A program made the translations under genes and the position numbers. A stretch of 64,000 bases of DNA. Source: Angustibacter luteus. GTDB lineage: Bacteria; Actinomycetota; Actinomycetes; Actinomycetales; Angustibacteraceae. Under the pieces are notes generated by a model. The model was not told the origin of the DNA. It worked only from the letters and a program-made list of their open reading frames with translations, and made no database searches. The stretch lies in assembly GCF_039541115.1 (NCBI RefSeq), contig NZ_BAABFP010000005.1:558001-622000 (forward strand). The letters are read 5' to 3'. Shown here one piece after another: positions 1 to 9,706 of this stretch (position 1 is its first letter; each line of letters opens with the position of its first letter).

Positions 1-2
1 CC

Positions 3-770
3 GCCGCCCTGCAGGTCGAAGGACATGCCGAGGCGACGCACCGCGATCGTCGAGCACTCGACGTGCCAGCCCGGTCGACCTGGGCCCAGGCTGCCGCCGT
101 CCCAGGAGGGCTCGCCCGGGCGGGCGGCCCGCCACAGCAGGGCGTCGAGGGCGTCCTTCTTGCCGGGCCGGTCCGGGTCCCCGCCGCGCTCGGCGTACAC
201 CTCGAGCATCTGCTCGCGCGTCCAGCTCGACACCGCGCCGAAGCGCGGCTGGCTGGCGACGTCGTAGTACACGTCCTGCAGCGCGCCCTCGGCGGCCTCG
301 CCGTCCGGGACGTCGACGCCGTACGCTGCGCCCGCGGCGACCAGCGCGCGCACGTCGGTGGCGATCTCGCCCACCGAGTCGACCACGCTGACGTAGTCGT
401 CCGGCGGTAGCACGGCCAGCGCCGTCATGTCCTCGTGGAAGAGCGCGATCTCCTGCCGGGCCAGGTCGCGCCAGTCCACGCCGTCCCGCTCGGCGCGCTC
501 GAGAAGCGGGTCGTCGACGTCGGTGACGTTCTGCACGTAGTGCACGGCGTGACCGTTGTCCCGCCAGACCCGCTGGACCACGTCGAACGTCACGTAGGTC
601 GCGGCGTGCCCCAGGTGCGTCGCGTCGTACGGCGTTATGCCGCACACGTAGAGGGTCGCGGTCGGCCCGGGGCTGGTCGGGCGCAGCTCACCGGACGAGG
701 TGTCGTGGATGCGCAGCGGGACCGGTGGCCCGGGAACGGCGGGAACCGAGGGGGCGGGCCAGGACGTCAC
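3..770 (-). CDS. mshC: Cysteine--GlcN-Ins ligase (mycothiol biosynthesis); 3' end runs off the window
   Basis: Not in the ORF track. Manual translation from GTG 770: [10 protein letters not shown]...[20 protein letters not shown]...[16 protein letters not shown], a CysRS-like MshC signature. TAGGCT lies 6 nt upstream. Confidence 0.93.
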   Translation of the reverse strand, partial: MTSWPAPSVPAVPGPPVPLRIHDTSSGELRPTSPGPTATLYVCGITPYDATHLGHAATYVTFDVVQRVWRDNGHAVHYVQNVTDVDDPLLERAERDGVDWRDLARQEIALFHEDMTALAVLPPDDYVSVVDSVGEIATDVRALVAAGAAYGVDVPDGEAAEGALQDVYYDVASQPRFGAVSSWTREQMLEVYAERGGDPDRPGKKDALDALLWRAARPGEPSWDGGSLGPGRPGWHVECSTIAVRRLGMSFDLQGG

Positions 771-799
771 GCGCGAAGCCTAACCAGCAGGGACGACGG

Positions 800-1606
800 T
801 CAGAACGGCGGCCACGGGATGACCGGTCCGTACGCGTCAGGTCGTGGGAACCGGCCGGACCGGACCAGTGCCGCCGCCCGCGACCGGGTGCGGGCGACCT
901 CCCGCGGGGTCAGCAGCTCCTGCAGGGCCGTCGCCAGTGGACCGTCGACGCCCAGCTGGTCGGCCACCCGGGCCACGACGTCCACGCAGTCCGCCGGCAG
1001 CGCTGCACCCTGCCACCCCCACAGCACGCTGCGCAGCTTGTCGTCGACGTTGAAGCTGAGCCCGTGGTCGCACCCCCACAGGTGGCGGTCCTCGGCGACC
1101 AGCACGTGGCCGCCCTTGCGGTCCGCGTTGTCGATGACAGCGTCGAACACGGCCATCCGGGCCAGGGCGGGGTCGTCGCGGTGCACGAGGACGACGTCGC
1201 TGCCCTCACCGTCCTGGGCGTTGAGCACCGGCAGCCAGCCGTCCGGCACCCCACCGAGCGGGACGACGTCCACCATCTCGGTCTCCTCGTCCGTGTCGAT
1301 CCAGAGCTGCACGCTGCCCGGGCCGAACGGTCCGTCCCGCCACACCGTGGGCGGTACCACCTCCCAGCCGGTCGCCTCCGAGACCAGGTAGGCGGCCACC
1401 TCCCGCCGCCCCAGCGTGTCGCGGGGGAAGTCACGCAGCGGCCGCTCCCCCGCGACCGGCTTGTAGATGCAGTGCGCGGCGACCCCGTCCAGCTCGATCG
1501 CCGCGTAGAGCGTGGCGTTGGAGGCGGCGGTCATCCGGCCCTCGACCGTGATCTCGCCGGACTGGAGCAGGGTCAACGCGTCCTGACGGCCCCCCGTCGA
1601 GCTCAC
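800..1606 (-). CDS. SCO1664 family protein (PI3/4-kinase-like fold)
   Basis: YKPVAGERPLRDFP, REVAAY, DAVIDNADRKGGH, DHGLSF motifs; usual position upstream of mshC. Confidence 0.88.
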   Translation of the reverse strand: MSSTGGRQDALTLLQSGEITVEGRMTAASNATLYAAIELDGVAAHCIYKPVAGERPLRDFPRDTLGRREVAAYLVSEATGWEVVPPTVWRDGPFGPGSVQLWIDTDEETEMVDVVPLGGVPDGWLPVLNAQDGEGSDVVLVHRDDPALARMAVFDAVIDNADRKGGHVLVAEDRHLWGCDHGLSFNVDDKLRSVLWGWQGAALPADCVDVVARVADQLGVDGPLATALQELLTPREVARTRSRAAALVRSGRFPRPDAYGPVIPWPPF

Positions 1607-2151
1607 CGTCGGTGGCCGTTGGCCCGCGGGCAGATGTGACCTTCGGGGTCCAACGGGTTGCCGCAGAACGGGCAGGGCGGGCGACCGGCCTCAACGACCG
1701 CGACGGCCCGCTTGGCGAAGGCACGGGCGGCCGCTCCCGTCAGGCTGACCCGCATGACCATCGCCTCGGGTGACGGCTCGAGCTCACCGTCCTCACCGAC
1801 GTCCTCGCCCACCTCGAGGCACTCGATCACGACCCGCTCGGCGTCTGCGTCCCAGGTCAGGCTCATGGTGCCGACCCGGAAGTCCTCCTCGACGGGGGTG
1901 CTCAGCGGGGCGCTGTCGGCCAGGCCGACGGGGGTCATCGCGGGCACCGGGGCCTGCCCGCCGGTCCGGCGCACGACCTCGTCCAGCAGCTCGTCGACCC
2001 GCTCGGCGAGCACCGCGACCTGCTGCTTCTCCAACGAGACGCTGGTGACGCGGTGGCCGGACGTGGCCTGCAGGAAGAACGTGCGCTGACCGGGTTCGCC
2101 GACCGTGCCGGCGACGAAGCGCTCGGGGTCGTCGTAGTCGATGACGGGCAT
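1603..2151 (-). CDS. DUF3090 family protein
   Basis: FVAGTVGEPGQRTFFLQA, LEKQQV, C-terminal CPFC...GHICPRANG; 4-bp overlap with the next gene. Confidence 0.88.
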   Translation of the reverse strand: MPVIDYDDPERFVAGTVGEPGQRTFFLQATSGHRVTSVSLEKQQVAVLAERVDELLDEVVRRTGGQAPVPAMTPVGLADSAPLSTPVEEDFRVGTMSLTWDADAERVVIECLEVGEDVGEDGELEPSPEAMVMRVSLTGAAARAFAKRAVAVVEAGRPPCPFCGNPLDPEGHICPRANGHRR

Positions 2152-2178
2152 GGGGACGACCCTACGACGCGGCCGCGC

Positions 2179-2919
2179 TCACGCGCCGCCGCCCACCGCG
2201 GCGTCGCTGCTGGACGCCGTCGCGGCCTTCCTCGTGCCGGACCGCGAACGCCGCTTGGGCGGTGGCGGGACCAGGCCCGACAGGTCACCCCCGACGTCGT
2301 TCGTGCTGGTCACGAAGGGGCGGGTCGGCGTGTAGTGCACGACCGAGACCGAGCAGGGCGAGACCACGATGCGCTGGAACTCGTCCAGGTGCGCCCCCAG
2401 CGCGTCGTTCAGCACGGCCTTGATCACGTCGCCGTGCGAGACGGCCACCCACACCGCGTCGTCGCCGTGCTCCGCGGCGATCCGGGCGTCCCACTCCCGC
2501 ACGGCTTCGAGCGCGCGCGCCTGCATGGCCCGCATGGACTCCCCCTCCGGTCCGGGGAAGACCGCGGCGCTCGGGTGCTGCTGCACGACCTTCCACAGCG
2601 GCTCCTTGACCAGCGCCTTGAGCTCGCGGCCGGTCCAGTCGCCGTACCGGCACTCGCCGATGCGGGCATCCGTGACCACCTCCGGCCGGGCGGCGCCCTG
2701 CGGCCCCGCGACGGCGGTGATGGCAGCCGCGGTCTGCTGGCACCGATCCAGGGGGCTGGCGACGACCGCCGCGATCGGCACCACCGCCAGTCGCTGCGCG
2801 AGGGTCGCGGCCTGCTCGCGACCACGGTCGTCCAGGTCGACCCCGGGGGTCCAACCGGCCAGGACGCCGGAAGCGTTGGCGGCCGTCCGGCCGTGTCGGA
2901 TCAGCAGGACCGTGGGCAC
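2179..2919 (-). CDS. MSMEG_4193 family histidine phosphatase / phosphomutase
   Basis: LIRHG and VSHGDVIK motifs; conserved cluster position. Confidence 0.88.
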   Translation of the reverse strand: MPTVLLIRHGRTAANASGVLAGWTPGVDLDDRGREQAATLAQRLAVVPIAAVVASPLDRCQQTAAAITAVAGPQGAARPEVVTDARIGECRYGDWTGRELKALVKEPLWKVVQQHPSAAVFPGPEGESMRAMQARALEAVREWDARIAAEHGDDAVWVAVSHGDVIKAVLNDALGAHLDEFQRIVVSPCSVSVVHYTPTRPFVTSTNDVGGDLSGLVPPPPKRRSRSGTRKAATASSSDAAVGGGA

Positions 2920-2948
2920 GCGCTCACTGTACGGGGCAGGATGACGGC

Positions 2949-3983
2949 GTGATCGTGGACCAGGCCGTCTACCGCGACGGCAAGCGTCAGCCGTGCGCGG
3001 ACCTCTCCGACGAGCTGAGCCGGCTCGCCGACGTCCCCGACGGGTTCCTCTGGATCGGGCTGAAGGACCCCACGGACGACGAGTTCGACCTCGTCAAGGA
3101 CGAGCTCGGACTGCACCCGCTGGCCGTCGAGGACGCGGTGAAGGGCAACCAGCGGACCAAGATGGAGGTCTACGACGGCTCGCTCTTCGTGGTGCTCAAG
3201 CCGTTGCGGTACTTCGAGGAGACCTCCCAGGTCGAGACCGGCGAGGTGATGCTCTTCGTCGGCAAGCACTTCGTCGTGACCGTCCGGCGCGGCGAGGCCA
3301 GCCCGCTCAGCGAGGTGCGCCGCCGGCTGGAAGCGAACTCGGAGCACCTGACCTACGGTCCGGCTGCCGTGCTGCACGCCGTGATGGACGACGTCGTCGA
3401 CCAGTACGGCGCCATCGACCAGGAGATCGCCAAGGACCTGGAGCAGATGGAGGAGAGCGTCTTCGCCGGCAACGTGGAGGTCGAGGAGGCGGCGCTCGGG
3501 GAGGGCAAGCCGCAGGGCGTGCCCGCTCGCCGTCGCGGCGGGGAGGACGCCCGGCGCATCTACCTGCTCAAGCGCGAGGTGCTCGAGGTGCGGCGGGCGG
3601 TGGTCCCGCTGAAGGACGCCATGCTCCGGCTGCACGCGCAGGAGACACCGAACGTCCCCGAGGAGGCGCGCCCCTTCTTCCGGGACGTCGCCGACCACCT
3701 GCTGCGGGTCAGCGACCACATCGAGTCCTACGACCGGTTGCTGTCGGACATCCTGTCCGCGCACCTGACCCGGGTCTCGGTGCAGCAGAACGACGACATG
3801 CGACGGATCTCGGCCTGGGCGGCCATCGGCGTCGCCGCGACGCTCATCGCCGGGATCTACGGCATGAACTTCCGGCACATGCCCGAGCTGCACTGGACGC
3901 TCGGCTACCCGATGGCGCTGGGGCTGATGGTGCTCGTGTCCGCCGTGCTCTACCGGCAGTTCAAGAAGTCCGGCTGGCTCTAG
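2949..3983 (+). CDS. corA: CorA-family Mg/Co transporter
   Basis: LHPLAVED, GIYGMNF (GMN) motif, two C-terminal TM helices. Confidence 0.93.
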   Translation: MIVDQAVYRDGKRQPCADLSDELSRLADVPDGFLWIGLKDPTDDEFDLVKDELGLHPLAVEDAVKGNQRTKMEVYDGSLFVVLKPLRYFEETSQVETGEVMLFVGKHFVVTVRRGEASPLSEVRRRLEANSEHLTYGPAAVLHAVMDDVVDQYGAIDQEIAKDLEQMEESVFAGNVEVEEAALGEGKPQGVPARRRGGEDARRIYLLKREVLEVRRAVVPLKDAMLRLHAQETPNVPEEARPFFRDVADHLLRVSDHIESYDRLLSDILSAHLTRVSVQQNDDMRRISAWAAIGVAATLIAGIYGMNFRHMPELHWTLGYPMALGLMVLVSAVLYRQFKKSGWL

Positions 3984-4003
3984 GCCCGCCGGTCCCGCCG
4001 GGC

Positions 4004-4417
4004 TCAGAACCGGCGGGCCATGGCCACCGACACCGGCGCCGTCTCGACGAAGCCGAACTGCGCGTACAGGTGCCGCGCGTCACCGTCCGCGACGAGCGAG
4101 ACGTACGCGGTCGCCGGAGCTCGTCGCGTCAGCTCGTCCGTGAGCTCGCGCATGATGCGCTTGCCGAGGCCGCGTCCCTGGTGCTCGGGCAGCACGCAGA
4201 TGTCGACGACCTGGAAGTGGCAGCCGCCGTCGCCGATGACCCGGCCCATGCCCACCGTCAGCCCGTCGCGCTCGACGACGACCCCGTGCCAGGTGTTCGG
4301 CAGCCCGAGCGCCGCCGCCTCGGCTGACTTGGGGCTGAGGCCGCACGCCACCCGCAGGTCGCGGAACGTCTCGGACGACGGGACGCCGGCGCGGACGTCG
4401 TAGCCGGGGTCGCTCAC
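4004..4417 (-). CDS. GNAT family N-acetyltransferase
   Basis: VLPEHQGRGLGK acetyl-CoA motif, LYAQFGF. Confidence 0.88.
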   Translation of the reverse strand: MSDPGYDVRAGVPSSETFRDLRVACGLSPKSAEAAALGLPNTWHGVVVERDGLTVGMGRVIGDGGCHFQVVDICVLPEHQGRGLGKRIMRELTDELTRRAPATAYVSLVADGDARHLYAQFGFVETAPVSVAMARRF

Positions 4418-4426
4418 GCGCCCACC

Positions 4427-5263
4427 CTAGGTCGCGGTCAGGACGCCGGTCACGAGCAGGACGGCTGTCGCGAGGGCCAGGGCCACGCGGTACCAGATGA
4501 AGACCGTGATCGGGTGCTTGGCGACGAACCGCAGCAGCCAGGCGATCGACGCGAGGGCGACCACGAACGCGGTCACCGTGCCCACCAGGATCTGACCCCA
4601 CCCGACCACCGCGGTGTCGACGTCCTTCAGCTCGAACAGGCCCGCTGCGGTCAGGGCCGGGATAGCCAGGAAGAACGAGAGCCGGGTGGCGGTCACCCGG
4701 TCCAGGCCGCGGAACAGGCCGGCCGAGATGGTGGCGCCGGACCGGGACACGCCAGGGATCAGGGCCACGCACTGCATGAGCCCGATGAAGAGCGCATCGC
4801 GCATCCGCAGGTCCTGCTCGCCGCGGCTCTGGGTGGCCTTGGCCTCCGCCCACCACATGACGACGCTCCACCCGATCAGGGCGGCCACCACGACCCACAG
4901 GTTGCGCAGCGGGCCGGTGATGAGGTCGCGCGCGGCGAGGCCGACGACCGCGATCGGCAGCGAGCCGGCGATCACGTACCAGGCGAGCTTGTAGTCCGGG
5001 TCCTCGCGACGCGCCTGGTCCCGCAGCCCACGGGCCCAGGCGAGGACCAGACGGATGATGTCGCGGGCGAAGTAGAGCAGCGTGGCCGCGATGGCACCGA
5101 GCTGGATCACCGCCGTGAACGACGTGATCGCCGTCGAGTCGACGTCCAGTCCGAGCAGCCCCTCCGTGATCGTCAGGTGGCCGGTGCTGGAGATCGGCAG
5201 GAACTCGCTGAGCCCCTCGACGACTCCGAGCAGCACCGACTGGGCGTAGGTCAGGTCACTCAC
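4427..5263 (-). CDS. uppP: Undecaprenyl-diphosphate phosphatase
   Basis: EGLSEFLPISSTGHL and PGVSRSGATI BacA motifs. Confidence 0.95.
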   Translation of the reverse strand: MSDLTYAQSVLLGVVEGLSEFLPISSTGHLTITEGLLGLDVDSTAITSFTAVIQLGAIAATLLYFARDIIRLVLAWARGLRDQARREDPDYKLAWYVIAGSLPIAVVGLAARDLITGPLRNLWVVVAALIGWSVVMWWAEAKATQSRGEQDLRMRDALFIGLMQCVALIPGVSRSGATISAGLFRGLDRVTATRLSFFLAIPALTAAGLFELKDVDTAVVGWGQILVGTVTAFVVALASIAWLLRFVAKHPITVFIWYRVALALATAVLLVTGVLTAT

Positions 5264-5268
5264 GGACG

Positions 5269-6393
5269 TCAGGCTCCCAGACCGGAGGCGTCCAGGACCT
5301 CCGCCATCGTGCGGATCGTGTGCAGACGCTGGTCGAGGGTCGCGTCGAAGGCCGACACGGTCAGCGTGGTGACGCCCGCCTCCGCGTACGCGGCGAGCCG
5401 GTCGCGCACCCGCTCCGGCGGGCCGATGAGTGCGGTGCTGTCGATCAGCTCGTGCGGCACGGCCTCCGCAGCCTCCCGGTGCTTGCGTTCCAAAAAGAGG
5501 TCCTGCACCGTCGCGGCCGCCTCCTCGTAGCCCATCCGCACGGCGAGCTGGTTGTAGAAGTTCTTGTCCCGGCTGCCCATCCCGCCCAGGTACAGGGCCG
5601 TGTAGCCACGAACGGGTGCCGCGCAGGCCGCCACGTCGTCGCCGAAGACCACGGGGACCGTCGGCACCACGTCGAAGCCGGTCATGACGTCCTCGCCCGT
5701 CGCCCGGCCGCCGCGCTCGCGACCGGCGCGCAGGGGCCCCATCGAGACCTCGGCCTGCTCGGGGCTGAAGAAGATGCCCAGCCAGCCGTCCGCGATCTCA
5801 CCGGTCAGCTCGAGGTTCTTCGGGCCGACCGCCGCCAGGTAGAGCGGGATCTGCGCCCGCACCGGGTGCACCGTCAGCTTGATGGCCTTGCCCGGGCCGT
5901 CCGGCAGCGGGAGCGTGAAGTGCTCCCCGTCGTAGCGCAGCGTCTCGCGTCGCAGGGCCTGGCGGACGATCTCGGCGTACTCGCGGGTCCGGCCGAGCGG
6001 TTTGTCGAAGCGGACGCCGTGCCAGCCCTCGGAGACCTGCGGGCCGGAGACGCCGAGCCCCAGCCGGAACCGCCCGCCGCTCAGCGTGTCCAGCGTCGCG
6101 GCGGTCATCGCGGTCATCGCCGGGGTGCGGGCGGGGATCTGGAACACCGCGCTGCCGACGTCGATCCGCTCGGTCTGGGCGGCGACCCAGGTCAGGACGG
6201 TGGCGGCGTCCGAACCGTACGCCTCGGCGACCCAGGCCACGTCGTAGCCGAGCGCATCGGCTTCGCGGGCCAGCGCGAGGTTGTCGGCGTCGTTGCCCAG
6301 CCCCCAGTAGCCGAGGTTGAGCCCGAGGCGCATCCGGCCGGGGGTGGGCGGGGTCGACGTCCGGGGACGGGGTTCGGTTGCGGGCTCAGCCAT
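5269..6393 (-). CDS. LLM-class F420-dependent oxidoreductase
   Basis: AEAYGSDA, GRFRLGLGVSGPQVSEGWHG. Start moved to ATG 6393 (TATCGT 7 nt upstream); alternative start 6333. Confidence 0.88.
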   Translation of the reverse strand: MAEPATEPRPRTSTPPTPGRMRLGLNLGYWGLGNDADNLALAREADALGYDVAWVAEAYGSDAATVLTWVAAQTERIDVGSAVFQIPARTPAMTAMTAATLDTLSGGRFRLGLGVSGPQVSEGWHGVRFDKPLGRTREYAEIVRQALRRETLRYDGEHFTLPLPDGPGKAIKLTVHPVRAQIPLYLAAVGPKNLELTGEIADGWLGIFFSPEQAEVSMGPLRAGRERGGRATGEDVMTGFDVVPTVPVVFGDDVAACAAPVRGYTALYLGGMGSRDKNFYNQLAVRMGYEEAAATVQDLFLERKHREAAEAVPHELIDSTALIGPPERVRDRLAAYAEAGVTTLTVSAFDATLDQRLHTIRTMAEVLDASGLGA

Positions 6394-6476
6394 GCCGGAG
6401 ACGATAACGGGACGACTCGCTGATCCGGCGAGCGCCGCACGTGGCCTGGCCCACACCGCCGGTAGCGTGTGCGCCC

Positions 6477-7418
6477 ATGGAGCAGCGGTACGTCGGGACG
6501 TCGGGGCTGAAGGTCTCCCGGCTGGCCCTCGGCACGATGACCTGGGGTCGGGACACCGACGAGCACGAGTCGCGGGACCAGCTGGCGGCTTTCCTGGAGG
6601 CCGGCGGGACCTTCGTGGACACCGCCGCCGGGTACGGCGACGGGGCCGCCGAGGAGGTGCTGGGCGCACTGCTGCCGGACCTCGCCGCGCGCGAGGACGT
6701 CGTGATCTGCACGAAGGCGGGCATCTCTCGTCGCTCGGGTGAGCGGGTCGTGGATACCTCGCGCCGGGCCATGCTGTCCGCGCTGGACGGCTCGTTGACC
6801 CGGCTCGGCACCGACCACGTCGACCTGTGGCTGGCGCACACGTGGAGCGACGAGGTGCCGCTCGAGGAGACGTTGTCCGCTCTGGAGCTCGCGGTGTCCA
6901 GCGGTCGGGCCCGCTACGTCGGGGTGTCCAACTACGCCGGCTGGCAGGGCGCCCGCGCCGCCACCCTGGCCCAGCTGCGCGGCGCGGGGGCCCTGGTGAC
7001 CAACCAGGTCGAGTACTCGCTGCTGGCCCGCGCCGTCGAGGACGAGGTCGTGCCCTCGGCCGCCGCCCTGGGTTTGGGCCTGATGGCCTGGTCCCCGCTG
7101 GGCCGGGGCGTGCTGACCGGCAAGTACCGCACGGGCACGCCGGCGGACTCGCGCGCCGCCTCACCGCACTTCGCCTCGTTCGTCGAGCGCTACCTGGACG
7201 ACCGGGCCCGGCGCATCGTCGACGCCGTCGTCACGGCGGCCGACGGGCTCGGCTGCTCCCCCGCGGAGATCGCGCTCGCCTGGGTCCGGGATCAGCCGGG
7301 GGTCGTCGCACCGGTGGTCGGCGCCCGGACGGCGGCGCAGCTGCGCGGGACCCTGACGAGCGAGGACGTCGTCCTACCCCGGCAGATCCGGGACGCGCTG
7401 GACGAGGTCTCGGCCTAG
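6477..7418 (+). CDS. Aldo/keto reductase
   Basis: GLKVSRLALGTMTWG, DTAAGYG, YVGVSNY, WSPLGRGVLTGKY. Confidence 0.92.
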   Translation: MEQRYVGTSGLKVSRLALGTMTWGRDTDEHESRDQLAAFLEAGGTFVDTAAGYGDGAAEEVLGALLPDLAAREDVVICTKAGISRRSGERVVDTSRRAMLSALDGSLTRLGTDHVDLWLAHTWSDEVPLEETLSALELAVSSGRARYVGVSNYAGWQGARAATLAQLRGAGALVTNQVEYSLLARAVEDEVVPSAAALGLGLMAWSPLGRGVLTGKYRTGTPADSRAASPHFASFVERYLDDRARRIVDAVVTAADGLGCSPAEIALAWVRDQPGVVAPVVGARTAAQLRGTLTSEDVVLPRQIRDALDEVSA

Positions 7419-7420
7419 GG

Positions 7421-7458
7421 CGATCAGGCCCAGCGCGATCAGGCCCAGCGCGATCAGG
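7421..7458. repeat. 15-bp tandem repeat (CGATCAGGCCCAGCG x2.5) between convergent genes
   Basis: Copies at 7421-7435, 7436-7450 and a partial copy at 7451-7458. Confidence 0.85.
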
Positions 7459-7777
7459 TGGAGCGCGCGGGCTCCGTGTCGTCGAGGTCGTCGTAGTCCT
7501 CGTCGTCCATCCCGGTGTAGCTGCCGCCGCCCTCGACGTCGTCCGGCTCGTCGAACTCGTCGTCGTCGTCCTCGTCCCCGCGGTACACCTCGAGCGGGGT
7601 CACCTCGTCGAACGCGTCGAGCAGGGCGTCGTCGTACTCCTCGAAGGCCTCCGCGACCGCGCGGTAGGCGCCGACGACGACCGGGTCGTTCTCGCCCCGT
7701 CGTCCCGCGGCGGCCTCGAGGTGGCGCTCCAGGGCAGCCACCAGTGCATTCAGGGCCGCGCGCGGGTCAGTGGTCAT
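7454..7777 (-). CDS. Conserved actinobacterial small acidic protein
   Basis: DPRAALNALVAALERHL...YDDALLDAFDEVTPL plus Asp/Glu-rich tail; TACGGT 6 nt before ATG. Confidence 0.75.
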   Translation of the reverse strand: MTTDPRAALNALVAALERHLEAAAGRRGENDPVVVGAYRAVAEAFEEYDDALLDAFDEVTPLEVYRGDEDDDDEFDEPDDVEGGGSYTGMDDEDYDDLDDTEPARST

Positions 7778-7868
7778 GGAACGACCGTAGTCCCCCGACG
7801 GCGTCCAGGGACACCAACTATGCGTGCCGTTCTGGCGTCAGGGCCACTCGCGTGCAGAATGGTCAACG

Positions 7869-8054
7869 ATGATCGAGTACGAGTACCGGGTGATCCGCGT
7901 GCCGGCCCGCGTCACCCGCGCCGAGGCGAAGGCCCTGCTGGTGGAGCACGCCGAGTACGGGCGGTGGGAGCTTGCGCGGGTGCGCCTGCTCCAGGGCGGC
8001 GCGCGCACGGTCTGGCTGCGCCGCCGCATCATCCGGGTCCGGCGGACGGCCTAG
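7869..8054 (+). CDS. DUF5703 family protein
   Basis: MIEYEY...AEYGRWELARVRL...VWLRRRII. Confidence 0.8.
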   Translation: MIEYEYRVIRVPARVTRAEAKALLVEHAEYGRWELARVRLLQGGARTVWLRRRIIRVRRTA

Positions 8055-8169
8055 CCAGCCGCGGCCAGACGCCGCCGCGCTGATCACGGGGTGCGCGCCC
8101 GCTATGTCGGGTCTACGTTCTCAGGCGGGCGTCAGGACGGCGCCGCGCTCGCGCCGATCAGGAGGCGAC

Positions 8170-9687
8170 ATGAAGCTGACGCGCACCAAGTCCGTCGAGC
8201 AGTCGATCAAGGAGACGGACGAGCCGGAGCACAAGCTCAAGAAGAGCCTGTCCGCCTGGGACCTGACGGTCTTCGGCGTCGGCGTGATCATCGGCACGGG
8301 CATCTTCGTGCTGACCGGCAAGCAGGCCGCGTTGAACGCCGGCCCGGCCGTGGTCATCTCGTTCATCCTCGCCGCGATCGCCTGTGGCCTCGCGGCCATG
8401 TGCTACGCCGAGTTCGCGTCGACGGTCCCGGTAGCCGGAAGCGCCTACACGTTCTCCTACGCGACGCTCGGTGAGCTGGTCGCCTGGATCATCGGCTGGG
8501 ACCTGGTGCTGGAGCTCGGTCTGGGCGCGGCCGTGGTGGCCCGTGGTTGGTCCGCGTACCTGCAGAACCTGTTCGACCTGCCGACCTGGCTGGCCGGCGA
8601 CGACGCCATCCCCGACTTCGGCGCGATCTTCATCGTCGCCGTGCTGGCGGTCGTGGCGGTCGTCGGGACCAAGCTGTCCGGGCGGGTCACCGGCGTGCTG
8701 GTGGTCATCAAGATCGCGGTGGTGCTGCTGGTCATCGTGGTCGGCGCCTTCTACATCAAGACCGCGAACTACCACCCGTTCATCCCCCCGTCGAAGCCGA
8801 AGTCCGAGGAGGTCAGCGGGCTCACCCAGCCGTTGATCCAGGCGCTGTTCGGGCTGGAGCCGACGTCCTTCGGCATCTTCGGTGTGGTCGCGGCGGCGTC
8901 CGTGGTCTTCTTCGCGTACATCGGCTTCGACATCGTCGCGACGGCTGCCGAGGAGACGCGGAACCCCAAGCGCGACATGCCGCGCGGCATCATCGGCTCG
9001 CTGGTCATCTGCACCGTGCTGTACGTGCTCGTCAGCCTGGTGATCACCGGCATGGTCAAGTACGACCAGCTGGACTCGGCGGCACCACTCGCCGAGGCGT
9101 TCAAGCTCAACGGCGTCACGTGGGCCTCCAAGCTCATCTCGCTGGGGGCGGTCTGCGGCATCACCACCGTGATCCTGGTCCTGATGCTCGGCCAGAGCCG
9201 CGTGCTGTTCGCGATGTCCCGCGACGGGCTGCTGCCGCGCAAGCTGGCCAAGGTGCACCCGACGTTCGGCACGCCGTACGTGATCACGATCATCACGGCC
9301 GCGTGCATCGCCGCCCTGGCCGCCTTCGTGGACCTGGAGAAGCTGTCCGAGATGGTCAGCATCGGGACGCTGTTCGCGTTCGTGGTGGTCTCGGCCGGCG
9401 TGATCATCCTGCGCCGCACCAGGCCCGACCTCGAGCGGTCGTTCAAGACGCCGGGCGTGCCGTGGCTGCCGGTCCTGGCGATCCTGGCCTGCGTGTGGCT
9501 GATGCTCAACCTGCCGGTCGAGACGTGGCTGCGGTTCATCGTCTGGATGGTCATCGGCTTCGTCATCTACTTCGTCTACGGCGCCTCGCACAGCCGGGTG
9601 GGCATGCGTGCGGCGAGCGGCGAGGGTGAGGCGACGGCCGAGAGCGCCGCGGCCGACCGACGGAAGTCCGTGGGAGACAACGACTGA
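8170..9687 (+). CDS. APC-family amino acid permease
   Basis: GVGVIIGTGIF, CYAEFAS, GSAYT, FFAYIGFD; GGAGG RBS before ATG 8170. Confidence 0.93.
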   Translation: MKLTRTKSVEQSIKETDEPEHKLKKSLSAWDLTVFGVGVIIGTGIFVLTGKQAALNAGPAVVISFILAAIACGLAAMCYAEFASTVPVAGSAYTFSYATLGELVAWIIGWDLVLELGLGAAVVARGWSAYLQNLFDLPTWLAGDDAIPDFGAIFIVAVLAVVAVVGTKLSGRVTGVLVVIKIAVVLLVIVVGAFYIKTANYHPFIPPSKPKSEEVSGLTQPLIQALFGLEPTSFGIFGVVAAASVVFFAYIGFDIVATAAEETRNPKRDMPRGIIGSLVICTVLYVLVSLVITGMVKYDQLDSAAPLAEAFKLNGVTWASKLISLGAVCGITTVILVLMLGQSRVLFAMSRDGLLPRKLAKVHPTFGTPYVITIITAACIAALAAFVDLEKLSEMVSIGTLFAFVVVSAGVIILRRTRPDLERSFKTPGVPWLPVLAILACVWLMLNLPVETWLRFIVWMVIGFVIYFVYGASHSRVGMRAASGEGEATAESAAADRRKSVGDND

Positions 9688-9706
9688 CGAGCGCCTCGAC
9701 CGGCTG

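Noticed and set aside
3470..3550. Apparent ~20-aa loop insertion in CorA
   Set aside because: In-frame, likely in a variable cytoplasmic loop; cannot be assessed without alignment
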